DNA of 32,000 bases from Moraxella nasovis (GCF_022701215.1 NZ_CP089976.1:750001-782000); one strand, 5' to 3'. Counted from the stretch's first letter, positions 16,929-25,233 are shown. Translations and numbers: made by a program. Notes: generated by a model not told the origin, from the sequence alone.

Positions 16929-17594
16929 ATGGAAAAGAAAACACCACCCATACAAAGTCATACGTCTGATAAGACGATTTTTACTTTACCAAATAACTTA
17001 ACCATCGCTCGCATTGTGATGATACCACTGTTCATTCTGATTGCATACTGGCCGCCTGCCTTAGGCATTGGCTTGCCTGCCATTAGTGATAATGCCATCG
17101 CACGCCTTGGTATGCTTGAGTACAGTGATAGCATGCTGCGGCATTTTTTGCTGACTTTTTTATTTGTTTTAGCAGCAGTAACAGATTGGCTTGATGGGTA
17201 TTTGGCTCGTAAGATGAACCTAAGCTCTGCATTTGGACGCTTCTTAGATCCTGTGGCAGATAAGCTGATGGTAGCGGCAGCCTTAATCATCCTAGTACAG
17301 TGGCATGCCAATATCGTCATGGCAATTAGTGCCATCGTTATTATTTCAAGAGAGATAGCTGTATCTGCCTTGCGTGAATGGATGGCAGAGCTTGGCAATC
17401 GCACAAGCGTTGCTGTCAGCTATGTGGGCAAGCTTAAGACCACCTTTCAGATGATCGCCATTACTGTACTACTTTTAAACTGGCAAATGTTAGAAACCAT
17501 CGGCTATGTACTGATGATTGTGGCAGTGATTTTAACACTTTGGTCAATGATGATTTACCTAAAGGCAGCATGGCCTTACCTAAAACAAGATTAA
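16929..17594 (+). CDS. pgsA: CDP-diacylglycerol--glycerol-3-phosphate 3-phosphatidyltransferase
   Basis: CDP-alcohol phosphotransferase motif DWLDGYLARKMNLSSAFGRFLDPVADK. The C-terminal half is collinear with E. coli PgsA (ISALREWMAELG...VGKLKTTFQM). It has an N-terminal extension and an insertion of about 25-30 aa relative to E. coli. Confidence 0.92.
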   Translation: MEKKTPPIQSHTSDKTIFTLPNNLTIARIVMIPLFILIAYWPPALGIGLPAISDNAIARLGMLEYSDSMLRHFLLTFLFVLAAVTDWLDGYLARKMNLSSAFGRFLDPVADKLMVAAALIILVQWHANIVMAISAIVIISREIAVSALREWMAELGNRTSVAVSYVGKLKTTFQMIAITVLLLNWQMLETIGYVLMIVAVILTLWSMMIYLKAAWPYLKQD

Positions 17595-17595
17595 A

Positions 17596-17623
17596 AAAAA
17601 TGGGCAAATCATCGCCCATTTTT
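17596..17623. terminator. Bidirectional terminator between the convergent pgsA and pnuC genes
   Basis: AAAAATGGGC (17596-17605) pairs with GCCCATTTTT (17614-17623), a perfect 10-bp stem with an 8-nt loop. Confidence 0.8.
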
Positions 17624-17624
17624 A

Positions 17625-18368
17625 TCATCTTAGATGCTCGCTGCGATACCATCCATAAAGCCCAACAATGGCATTCACCTGATATACCATCGTCTGAATG
17701 GCGAATATGTAATTGCCCGACATAAGATTAACAATCAGCCAAACACCGTTTACCGCAATCCAAATCCACCAGTTAAACGAATACCGTAAAATCATCATGA
17801 CTTGGGCGGTGATAGACAGCACGAACGCCACCACATTGATGGCAAAAAAACTCACACCAAAAAAACGGCTACCATCATCTTCAATCACCCCATAACCACG
17901 AGCAATGAGCCAGTCATTGATCACAGGAAATAGCAAAAGCCCTACTGCAACAAAAATGATCGTCGTAACCCAAACATATTTGTTGGCTGATTTTGGAATC
18001 ATCTCGCCATCAGCATCGGTGTTTTTTCGCCAATAATACACGCCATAGACATGGGTAAAAAAGTTAAATAAAGGAGCAAGCATTAAACCTACCGCTCCTG
18101 ATGTGCCTTGTACGATCACTTCTCCTGCCGTGGCAAGCATACCCATGCCGTTACCTAAGACATTTTTACGAAAGCTAAGACCAACCACGCACAAAAGCCC
18201 AATCAACGACACCGCCAAATAAAACCAGTCAAGTCCTGACTGGGTAGTGGTCAATAAAAAGCCTAAAAACAGTGCTATCGCACCTAAAGCGAACCACAAT
18301 AAAATCCAATGCATACTCCAGTCTTTTTCACCAAAGCCTGTGATATTATCTAAAAGTGCAATTCTCAT
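17625..18368 (-). CDS. pnuC: Nicotinamide riboside transporter PnuC
   Basis: A polytopic membrane protein with Trp-rich PnuC-type segments (YGVYYWRKN, FNWWIWIAVNGVWLIVN, IVGLYGWY). It sits directly downstream of nadR. Confidence 0.85.
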   Translation of the reverse strand: MRIALLDNITGFGEKDWSMHWILLWFALGAIALFLGFLLTTTQSGLDWFYLAVSLIGLLCVVGLSFRKNVLGNGMGMLATAGEVIVQGTSGAVGLMLAPLFNFFTHVYGVYYWRKNTDADGEMIPKSANKYVWVTTIIFVAVGLLLFPVINDWLIARGYGVIEDDGSRFFGVSFFAINVVAFVLSITAQVMMILRYSFNWWIWIAVNGVWLIVNLMSGNYIFAIQTMVYQVNAIVGLYGWYRSEHLR

Positions 18369-19441
18369 GAATTTACCTTATGTGAGAGTAACTGGGATAA
18401 AAAGCCATCAACGATAGTCAGTGCCTGCAAATATCGCTCATGGTAATCGTCATGGGTGATCATCTGTGGTGTAATGTCATAACGATCAAACATCAAAAGC
18501 AAACGATTCTCAAAGCGTGTACGATCTTGATCGCTGCCAAGCTGACGCATGCCATCTGCCACCCATTGCACGTTATTATCCAGCATAATGGTCAAATCCA
18601 TGCGATTAGTCATAGCAAACGCTGCCACGACATCATCTGTGTGTCCTTCATATTCTTCACAAAATGCCTGCGTCGTCGCAAAATCGGTATCCACAAAAGT
18701 CACTGGCGCAGTTGCCATCGTCGTTGCTTGATGAATGGCATTGGCATGGCGAGCAGCAATCAGTGCATAATCGCTTAGCTGTAGCCCCACTTCTGTGCCG
18801 CCTAGATCACTATGCACATAAAGGCGACCCATCTCAAGAGCAACCGTCGCTCCATAGTGGTTGGCAAGCTTATGCACAAGTGTCGTCTTACCCGAGCTTT
18901 CACCCCCGACGATACAAATTGTTTTGGTGTAATTTATCCGAGCAGATGGTGCAATACTATGAAAATTTACAAGGGGGTTGTCGTAGATTGTTTTACTGTC
19001 AAATGCCGTCTGTGGCAAAGTTTTTATTTTATAATGCAAACTTGCCAAATCTATAGCAGACTGATCTGAGTAAGCTGTCTCATCAAGCGGTGCTTGAGTA
19101 TCATGCTGATAAAACACCACGGCATCATCAAGCTTTAAATGATGAATAAGCTGCCTAAGTACATCAAAAGTTAATGGAGTGTCCACTTCATCATAACAAC
19201 AAGAACGAACGTCAATACCTAAAGTCTTTGCAGTATGCACCTTGACAAAGCCAAAATGCTGACACGCCACCTGCACCGCTCTAGCTTTATCTTCAATGCT
19301 CACAGCAAACGCTGATGAACCATCATCACGCTCTAGCACTACGATATGCAGCGTATCTACCTGCCCTGCTGCAACATTGATGTCTTGTAAATGCCCTAGG
19401 TGTAGCGGTTCAAAATAGCCAATCAACAATCCTGTTGTCAT
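18365..19441 (-). CDS. nadR: NadR-type NMN adenylyltransferase / ribosylnicotinamide kinase without an N-terminal HTH domain
   Basis: The nucleotidyltransferase motif GYFEPLHLGH begins at residue 8, and the P-loop is GGESSGKTTLVHKLANHYG. The C-terminal half is collinear with E. coli NadR (DTDFATTQAFCEEYEG...WVADGMRQLGS). Its stop overlaps the pnuC start (ATGA). Confidence 0.88.
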   Translation of the reverse strand: MTTGLLIGYFEPLHLGHLQDINVAAGQVDTLHIVVLERDDGSSAFAVSIEDKARAVQVACQHFGFVKVHTAKTLGIDVRSCCYDEVDTPLTFDVLRQLIHHLKLDDAVVFYQHDTQAPLDETAYSDQSAIDLASLHYKIKTLPQTAFDSKTIYDNPLVNFHSIAPSARINYTKTICIVGGESSGKTTLVHKLANHYGATVALEMGRLYVHSDLGGTEVGLQLSDYALIAARHANAIHQATTMATAPVTFVDTDFATTQAFCEEYEGHTDDVVAAFAMTNRMDLTIMLDNNVQWVADGMRQLGSDQDRTRFENRLLLMFDRYDITPQMITHDDYHERYLQALTIVDGFLSQLLSHKVNS

Positions 19442-19539
19442 TTTTACATCCTACATGTTGAAAAGTGGTCGGTTTGACCTTATTTTATATAACAAAGCAA
19501 GACATTATACACAAAATAAAAACAAGAGGAAAGTACAGT

Positions 19540-19776
19540 ATGGCAAAGCTTACCAAACTACACCGCTCCAAAAACCACCGCATGATTGCAGGCGTCATGG
19601 GTGGTATCGCTGAATATCTTGGTTGGTCGCCAACCATCACCCGCTTAGCATTTTTCATCATTTCAAGTGCAAGCGTTGCTGTACCCGGCATTTTAATTTA
19701 CTGCATACTGTGGATTATTATGCCAAACGCCACCGCTGATTCTTATGAAAATCGCCGAATATTTGAAGTTAATTAG
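19540..19776 (+). CDS. PspC-domain membrane protein (78 aa)
   Basis: LHRSKNHRMIAGVMGGIAEYLGWSPTITRLAFFI... is a PspC-domain signature. I moved the start to the ATG at 19540, preceded by AGAGGA at 19525-19530. Confidence 0.8.
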   Translation: MAKLTKLHRSKNHRMIAGVMGGIAEYLGWSPTITRLAFFIISSASVAVPGILIYCILWIIMPNATADSYENRRIFEVN

Positions 19777-19846
19777 CCTATACTAAGCTTTAACATCAAA
19801 GCATGCAAACAACGCCATCTTAAGGCAAATAAAGGTAGGCACACTG

Positions 19847-19890
19847 CTAAAATCACCCTAATTGTAATGGCGTGATTTTAGTGGTTTTTT
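19847..19890 (+). terminator. Rho-independent terminator after the PspC-domain gene
   Basis: CTAAAATCAC (19847-19856) pairs with GTGATTTTAG (19872-19881), followed by TGGTTTTTT. Confidence 0.8.
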
Positions 19891-19943
19891 CATCTGCCAT
19901 AACGTGATAAAATGATGCAAACTTCTTATTTCAAGGCAGTATC

Positions 19944-20891
19944 ATGACCACCAAAAAGCTCCTAACCTTCCAAGAAATCATTCTCACCCTACAAAATTAT
20001 TGGGCAAGCCGTGGCTGTGTCGTCCTACAACCTTATGACATGGAAATGGGGGCAGGCACATTTCATACCGCCACCTTTTTGCGTGCTTTGACCCCTGAAA
20101 AGTGGAACAGTGCATATGTTCAGCCGTCTCGCCGTCCTACCGATGGGCGTTATGGCGACAATCCCAACCGCCTACAACATTATTATCAATTCCAAGTGGT
20201 ACTAAAACCCAATCCAGATAACATTCAAGAGCTGTATTTAGGCTCGCTTCATGCCTTGGGCATTGACACATTGACCCATGATGTGCGTTTTGTAGAAGAC
20301 AACTGGGAGTCGCCGACTTTGGGTGCGTGGGGCTTGGGCTGGGAAGTGTGGCTCAACGGCATGGAAGTTACGCAGTTTACCTATTTTCAGCAGGTCGGTG
20401 GCATTGAGTGCTTCCCTGTTACAGGCGAGATTACTTATGGGCTAGAACGCCTTGCCATGTATATCCAAGGCGTAGATAGCGTGTATGACCTTGTGTGGAC
20501 GGACGGCGAGTTTGGTAAAGTTACCTATGGCGATGTGTTCCATCAAAATGAAGTGGAGCAATCCACCTATAATTTTGAATACGCCAATGTGGATAAGCTC
20601 TTTGAGTTATTTGATTTTTATGAAAGTGAGGCTGACCGCCTTGTGGTTGCCAATCTACCACTGCCTGCCTATGAGATGGTCTTAAAAGCATCGCACAGCT
20701 TTAATCTATTGGACGCTCGTGGGGCAATCAGCGTTACCGAACGCCAACGATTTATCCTGCGTGTGCGGACATTGGCTCGCAAAGTGGCGACAAGCTATAC
20801 CAAAGCTCGTGCCAAATTGGGCTTCCCAATGGCGGACGATAAGCATAAGGCAGAGGCTTTGGCAAGATGGCTAAAAGATGACAACACCTAA
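19944..20891 (+). CDS. glyQ: Glycine--tRNA ligase alpha subunit
   Basis: 315 aa. [34 protein letters not shown]... is canonical GlyQ. Confidence 0.97.
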   Translation: MTTKKLLTFQEIILTLQNYWASRGCVVLQPYDMEMGAGTFHTATFLRALTPEKWNSAYVQPSRRPTDGRYGDNPNRLQHYYQFQVVLKPNPDNIQELYLGSLHALGIDTLTHDVRFVEDNWESPTLGAWGLGWEVWLNGMEVTQFTYFQQVGGIECFPVTGEITYGLERLAMYIQGVDSVYDLVWTDGEFGKVTYGDVFHQNEVEQSTYNFEYANVDKLFELFDFYESEADRLVVANLPLPAYEMVLKASHSFNLLDARGAISVTERQRFILRVRTLARKVATSYTKARAKLGFPMADDKHKAEALARWLKDDNT

Positions 20892-21366
20892 AATTGCCAA
20901 AATTAGCTTAGCCAAGTTCACCGCCCAAGATTATCATCTGTATCATCAAGTATTAAGCGATGAGACGGTAATGAAATCGGTAACAGGCAAGGCGATTGAT
21001 AATGATGAAATTAAACGTGCTTTTGATACGGTGTTAATGAGTAATACAGAGCATGATAATTTTGGTTATTTTAAAATATATCATCATGATAAATATGCAG
21101 GTTTTGTTAAATTTAAATTATATGAGCAAAATTTAGCGGAGCTTGGCTATTTTATCTTGCCACAGTTTTGGCATAAAGGTATTGCCAATTTTATCATCAG
21201 TCATTTTATTGACATCGCCAAAGACAAAAATATCAATCTATTTGCCACCGTAAATAAACAAAACGCCATCTCCAAACATTTACTTACCAAATACGGCTTT
21301 GTATATCAGCATGACGACATGGTAGATGGCTTGGTGGGCGAATATTGGCGATTAAACTTTAAATAA
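20878..21366 (+). CDS. GNAT-family N-acetyltransferase (RimJ/RimL-like) embedded between glyQ and glyS
   Basis: 162 aa. The acetyl-CoA-binding region is [27 protein letters not shown]...[14 protein letters not shown]. Its ATG overlaps the last 14 nt of glyQ, and its stop lies 24 nt before glyS. Confidence 0.8.
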   Translation: MTTPKIAKISLAKFTAQDYHLYHQVLSDETVMKSVTGKAIDNDEIKRAFDTVLMSNTEHDNFGYFKIYHHDKYAGFVKFKLYEQNLAELGYFILPQFWHKGIANFIISHFIDIAKDKNINLFATVNKQNAISKHLLTKYGFVYQHDDMVDGLVGEYWRLNFK

Positions 21367-21390
21367 ATATTTTTATGAATTGAGAAACTT

Positions 21391-23484
21391 ATGACCACAA
21401 TCTTATTTGAACTTGGCTGCGAAGAGTTGCCACCAAAATCTTTAAAAACACTCCAAAATGCCTTGACCGACCATGTCAAAACGGCACTCACCGAGCAAAA
21501 CATCGCCTTTGACGACATCAAAGCATTCTGTGCCCCACGCCGTCTTGCCCTGTCTATCACAGGCGTGGGCGAGTATCAGCCTGACCGCACCGAGACCAAA
21601 AAAGGCCCAAGTGTCAAGACAGCCTTTGACGATGATGGCAATCTTACTCGTGCAGGGGCAGGCTTTTTGCAGGGCTTGAACGCAAGCGGACTAAATTTAA
21701 CCAAAGATGATTTAACACGAGTATCCGATAAAAAAGGCGAATACATCGCCTACACACTCACCATCAAAGGCGAAAAAGTCGCAGAGCTAATCCCCACCCT
21801 GATCCAAAAAGCCCTAGACGACCTACCAATCGCCAAGCGTATGCGTTCAGGTAGCGACAAAAATGAATTTGTGCGTCCTGTCAAATGGGTGGTGCTGATG
21901 AGTGATGATAAGATTATCCCTGCACACATTCAAGGACACAAAACGGGCAATCAGTCTCGTGGACACCGCCATCATGCCCCAGAATTTTTTACGATTGACC
22001 ATGCGGATAATTATGAAAAATTGCTTGCCGAACGGTTTGTGATTGCTGATTTTGACAAACGCCAAGCGGACATTGTCGCCCAAACCCATCAATTAGCCGA
22101 TGAAATCGGTGCGGTGGCAATCATGCCTGACGAACTGCTTGATGAAGTTACCGCCCTTGTGGACTACCCTGTGGCAATGAAAGCAGGATTTGATGAAAAG
22201 TTTTTGGCAGTCCCCCAAGAAGCCTTAATCAGCACCATGCAAGCTGACCAAAAATATTTTTGTTTGACAGATAAAAATGGCAAATTGATGCCAAACTTTA
22301 TTTTTGTCAGCAATATTGATAGCCTTGACAAAGCACAGGTCATATCAGGCAATGAAAAAGTGGTGCGTCCACGCTTGGCAGATGCCGAATTTTTCTTTTT
22401 GCAAGACCAAAAACGCCCCTTGTCAGACTTTGCCGAAACGCTAAAAAATCGTGTGTTCCAAGACAAACTTGGCACGATCTGGGATAAATCTGAACGCATT
22501 GCCAAATTATCTACATTCATCAGTGAAACGATGGCAACCCATGGCTGGACGGTTGCAAGCGATGATGTACTGCAAGCAGGCTTGCTGTCAAAAGCAGACT
22601 TGGCAACGACGCTTGTGGGCGAATTTCCAGAATTGCAAGGGGTGGCAGGGACATATTATGCCCACAAATCAGGCGAAAAGGCGTGCGTTGCCGATGCAAT
22701 CTGTGAGCAGTATCTGCCCAAATTCTCAGGCGATAAACTACCCCAAACCCCCATTGGTATTGCCTTAGCGTTATCCGACCGCTTAGATACGCTCGTTGGA
22801 ATTTTTGGTATCAATGAAGCACCGACAGGCTCAAAAGACCCATTTAGCCTAAGACGCGCCAGCATTGGTGTGTTACGCATTTTGATTGAAAATAAATTGC
22901 CATTAAATCTAGCAAGTCTGGTAAATGATGCCATTAAAAATTATGGCGACAAGATTGCCGATGCCGACAAGACTTTTTGTGCCGTCATGGATTTTATCAA
23001 TTCACGCTACCGTGCCATGTACACAGAACACGGCATAAGCGTTGATACCATTTTGGCAGTACAAGCCATCAATCCACAGATTCCGCTTGATTTTGATGAA
23101 CGCATTCGTGCCGTGCAGGCATTTCGCAGTCTGCCTGACACCAAAGTATTGGCAGAAAACAACAAACGTGTCGCCAATATCCTTGCCAAAGCAGGAGACG
23201 TAGGCGATGCGGTAGATGATGATTTATTGATTGAGCCTGCCGAACAACAACTTTACACAGCGGTGCAATCTGCCAAGACCGCCGTCAAACCCTTGCAGGA
23301 TAAGGCAGATTATGTTGGCGTATTGACCGCCTTGACCGCTCTTGCCGAGCCATTGACCGCATTTTTTGATAATGTGATGGTTAATGCCGATGATGAAAAT
23401 CTAAAAAATAACCGCTTGGCACTTTTAAATAACGTGCGTACGCTGTTTTTAAGTGTGGCGGATATTGGGGTATTGCAAGGCTGA
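21391..23484 (+). CDS. glyS: Glycine--tRNA ligase beta subunit
   Basis: 697 aa. MTTILFELGCEELPPKSLK... is canonical GlyS. Confidence 0.97.
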   Translation: MTTILFELGCEELPPKSLKTLQNALTDHVKTALTEQNIAFDDIKAFCAPRRLALSITGVGEYQPDRTETKKGPSVKTAFDDDGNLTRAGAGFLQGLNASGLNLTKDDLTRVSDKKGEYIAYTLTIKGEKVAELIPTLIQKALDDLPIAKRMRSGSDKNEFVRPVKWVVLMSDDKIIPAHIQGHKTGNQSRGHRHHAPEFFTIDHADNYEKLLAERFVIADFDKRQADIVAQTHQLADEIGAVAIMPDELLDEVTALVDYPVAMKAGFDEKFLAVPQEALISTMQADQKYFCLTDKNGKLMPNFIFVSNIDSLDKAQVISGNEKVVRPRLADAEFFFLQDQKRPLSDFAETLKNRVFQDKLGTIWDKSERIAKLSTFISETMATHGWTVASDDVLQAGLLSKADLATTLVGEFPELQGVAGTYYAHKSGEKACVADAICEQYLPKFSGDKLPQTPIGIALALSDRLDTLVGIFGINEAPTGSKDPFSLRRASIGVLRILIENKLPLNLASLVNDAIKNYGDKIADADKTFCAVMDFINSRYRAMYTEHGISVDTILAVQAINPQIPLDFDERIRAVQAFRSLPDTKVLAENNKRVANILAKAGDVGDAVDDDLLIEPAEQQLYTAVQSAKTAVKPLQDKADYVGVLTALTALAEPLTAFFDNVMVNADDENLKNNRLALLNNVRTLFLSVADIGVLQG

Positions 23485-23495
23485 TTTGCTTAAAA

Positions 23496-23523
23496 AATAA
23501 GGGTGGAAATTTCCGCCCTTATT
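23496..23523. terminator. Bidirectional terminator between the convergent glyS and orphan genes
   Basis: AATAAGGGTGG (23496-23506) pairs with CCGCCCTTATT (23513-23523) in an 11-bp stem with one G-T pair. An A6 run lies upstream, which is a T-run for the minus strand. Confidence 0.7.
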
Positions 23524-23560
23524 AATTGTATGCAAAACGATTTGACAATATCAACCCTAC

Positions 23561-24229
23561 TTACATCTCAACAATTAAATTATTTCTAGTATCAATAACA
23601 CATCTAGCCTGATGTTCTTCTTCGACCCCAAAACCATTTTTCGCAGTAAATGGTACATTAACAACAACATTGCCACTAGTTCCCTTATAAGCTCGAATTG
23701 ATAAAGTTTTTTCATCAAAAGTTGCTGGATAATTTACACGAGCCTTAATTCCCTCTATGCAAGGTCTAATATACTCAGATGGCTCAGCTAATTTCTCACT
23801 TTCGGCACCAACAATTGTATCCTGCTTCAAATCTTGTTCAGTAACATAAAAGCGTTCACCATTTTGACAGTCCACATAAAACACCATTGCTTTTCTTGGT
23901 TCACTTCTTTCATTGGATAGACCAATATCAACAGGCTCATCGCATTTTTCACTTTTAGCCACATGATTAATAGCAATGGGCATGGTTTCATTGATTTTAT
24001 CTACCCACTGCTTACCCCATGCTTTATACATCTTGGGAAAACCATCTTGGGTAATAGAAACCACTCTATCACTATAATCACTTGCCTTTGCTTCTTTATT
24101 GATAGTTGTTTCCGTTTCTTTTTCAGAAGGCTCTACATTGGCTTTTTGCTCATTGGAATTGTCAGTACACATCGAGACAATAACCGCAATAACAATGATG
24201 AAAAATATCAATTTAAGAACTTTGCTCAT
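23561..24229 (-). CDS. Hypothetical exported or membrane-anchored protein, possibly a lipoprotein; no family recognised
   Basis: I moved the start to the ATG at 24229 (MSKVLKLIFFIIVIAVIVSMCTDNSNEQ...). The hydrophobic signal ends in VSMC, an atypical lipobox. The mature part has four further Cys residues. The longer track start at 24301 lies upstream of the predicted promoter. Confidence 0.7.
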   Translation of the reverse strand: MSKVLKLIFFIIVIAVIVSMCTDNSNEQKANVEPSEKETETTINKEAKASDYSDRVVSITQDGFPKMYKAWGKQWVDKINETMPIAINHVAKSEKCDEPVDIGLSNERSEPRKAMVFYVDCQNGERFYVTEQDLKQDTIVGAESEKLAEPSEYIRPCIEGIKARVNYPATFDEKTLSIRAYKGTSGNVVVNVPFTAKNGFGVEEEHQARCVIDTRNNLIVEM

Positions 24230-24258
24230 ATCAAACCCTATAAATAATTTAAAGTGGC

Positions 24259-24289
24259 ATAATAATGCAAAAAAAAAACGATTTGTCAA
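24259..24289 (-). promoter_or_regulatory. Candidate sigma70 promoter with a T10 homopolymer in the spacer
   Basis: The minus strand reads TTGACA (24289-24284) AATCG-T10-GCAT TATTAT (24264-24259). The spacer is 19 nt, and the T10 tract is the A10 at 24269-24278 on the plus strand. Confidence 0.4.
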
Positions 24290-24320
24290 CAATTTATACA
24301 TATTAAATAAAATTAATTAC

Positions 24321-24353
24321 AAAAAAGACCTACCATTACAGTAAGTCTTTTTT
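24321..24353. terminator. Second hairpin flanked by A and T runs, upstream of the orphan gene promoter
   Basis: AAAAAAGAC (24321-24329) pairs with GTCTTTTTT (24345-24353) around a 15-nt loop. Confidence 0.5.
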
Positions 24354-24373
24354 AATCCTAACCGCCCAAAACT

Positions 24374-24404
24374 AAAAAGCCAAGGCATGCAACCTTGGCT
24401 TTTT
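24374..24404. terminator. Strong bidirectional terminator downstream of the PepSY gene
   Basis: AAAAAGCCAAGG (24374-24385) pairs with CCTTGGCTTTTT (24393-24404), a perfect 12-bp stem with a 7-nt loop. Confidence 0.85.
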
Positions 24405-24421
24405 AGTGACTTATCGGCTGA

Positions 24422-24952
24422 TTAGTAATCAATTTGCTGCTTTAGCACCGCACCTGTATTGGCATTAATACGAACGTCATATTGTTGTCCGTTTTTAACA
24501 ACTTTTACATCATAGACCCAAAGACGACGCTCTTTATCAAATTCAATCTCTACTGCTTGACCACCGCCAACAGCCTTAACAGCACGGTCTGCTGCATCGT
24601 TTTGCTTGATTTTTACTGAATTTAGAGCACGCAATTTACGCTTATCACTACGATCTAAACTGCTACGTTCTGTTCTTAGAATCTCACCTGAACGGGCATT
24701 CACGCTGACTTCATGTTCGTAATTTTTAGAAAAAATCGTCACATCATAGACACCGCTATCATCTAAGCTAACATTAGCGATAGTACCTTGTGCATGACGC
24801 TTGGCTAGGTTCATAGCATCGGCTAGTGAAATACTACTTTGGGTAGTCGCTACACTTTGATTTAGCTGCAAGTCGTCTGCTGATGCTGCTAGCGGAGCTG
24901 CTACAATGATTGACGCTAAAAGAGCTGATTGTGTTATCTTTGAAAATTTCAT
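24422..24952 (-). CDS. Secreted protein with two PepSY domains
   Basis: Signal peptide MKFSKITQSALLASIIVAAPLAASA. Two PepSY-like units end in ...VSVNARSGEIL and ...VRINANTGAVLKQQIDY. Confidence 0.85.
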   Translation of the reverse strand: MKFSKITQSALLASIIVAAPLAASADDLQLNQSVATTQSSISLADAMNLAKRHAQGTIANVSLDDSGVYDVTIFSKNYEHEVSVNARSGEILRTERSSLDRSDKRKLRALNSVKIKQNDAADRAVKAVGGGQAVEIEFDKERRLWVYDVKVVKNGQQYDVRINANTGAVLKQQIDY

Positions 24953-25170
24953 GAATACTTACCTTTGTTACAAATTTATCATTTAGTATAATATGTTTTT
25001 CCATCTGGTATATTATTAGTTTGTAAGGTTTTTGTATACATTGAGCAAAAACGCAAGCCAAATCATCGCAGTTAAATCCTATTTATATTGTTCGTTTATA
25101 TTTAAAGCCAACTGCAACCACACCCAAAACGCTACTTTTTATAAATATGATAAAACTTATAAACATTATA

Positions 25171-25203
25171 AAAACCAAAAGCCAGTCCCATCACAGAACT
25201 GGC
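25171..25203 (-). terminator. Terminator downstream of the rhodanese gene
   Basis: On the minus strand, a GCCAGT/ACTGGC 6-bp stem is followed by TTTTGGTTTT. Confidence 0.55.
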
Positions 25204-25233
25204 GTACTTGATTTATGTAAGTTAAGCTTTTAG

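Noticed and set aside
20878-21366. The GNAT as a TacT/AtaT-type toxin of a type II toxin-antitoxin module.
   Set aside because: No small RHH or antitoxin ORF is adjacent or overlapping. The gene is flanked tightly by glyQ and glyS, and its motif region looks RimJ/RimL-like. It is kept only as one functional analogy in the finding.
24834-25061. A 75-aa minus-strand ORF spanning the PepSY start region, as a possible small upstream gene.
   Set aside because: It overlaps the PepSY signal-peptide codons in another frame, has no SD, and is Cys/Ser-rich nonsense.
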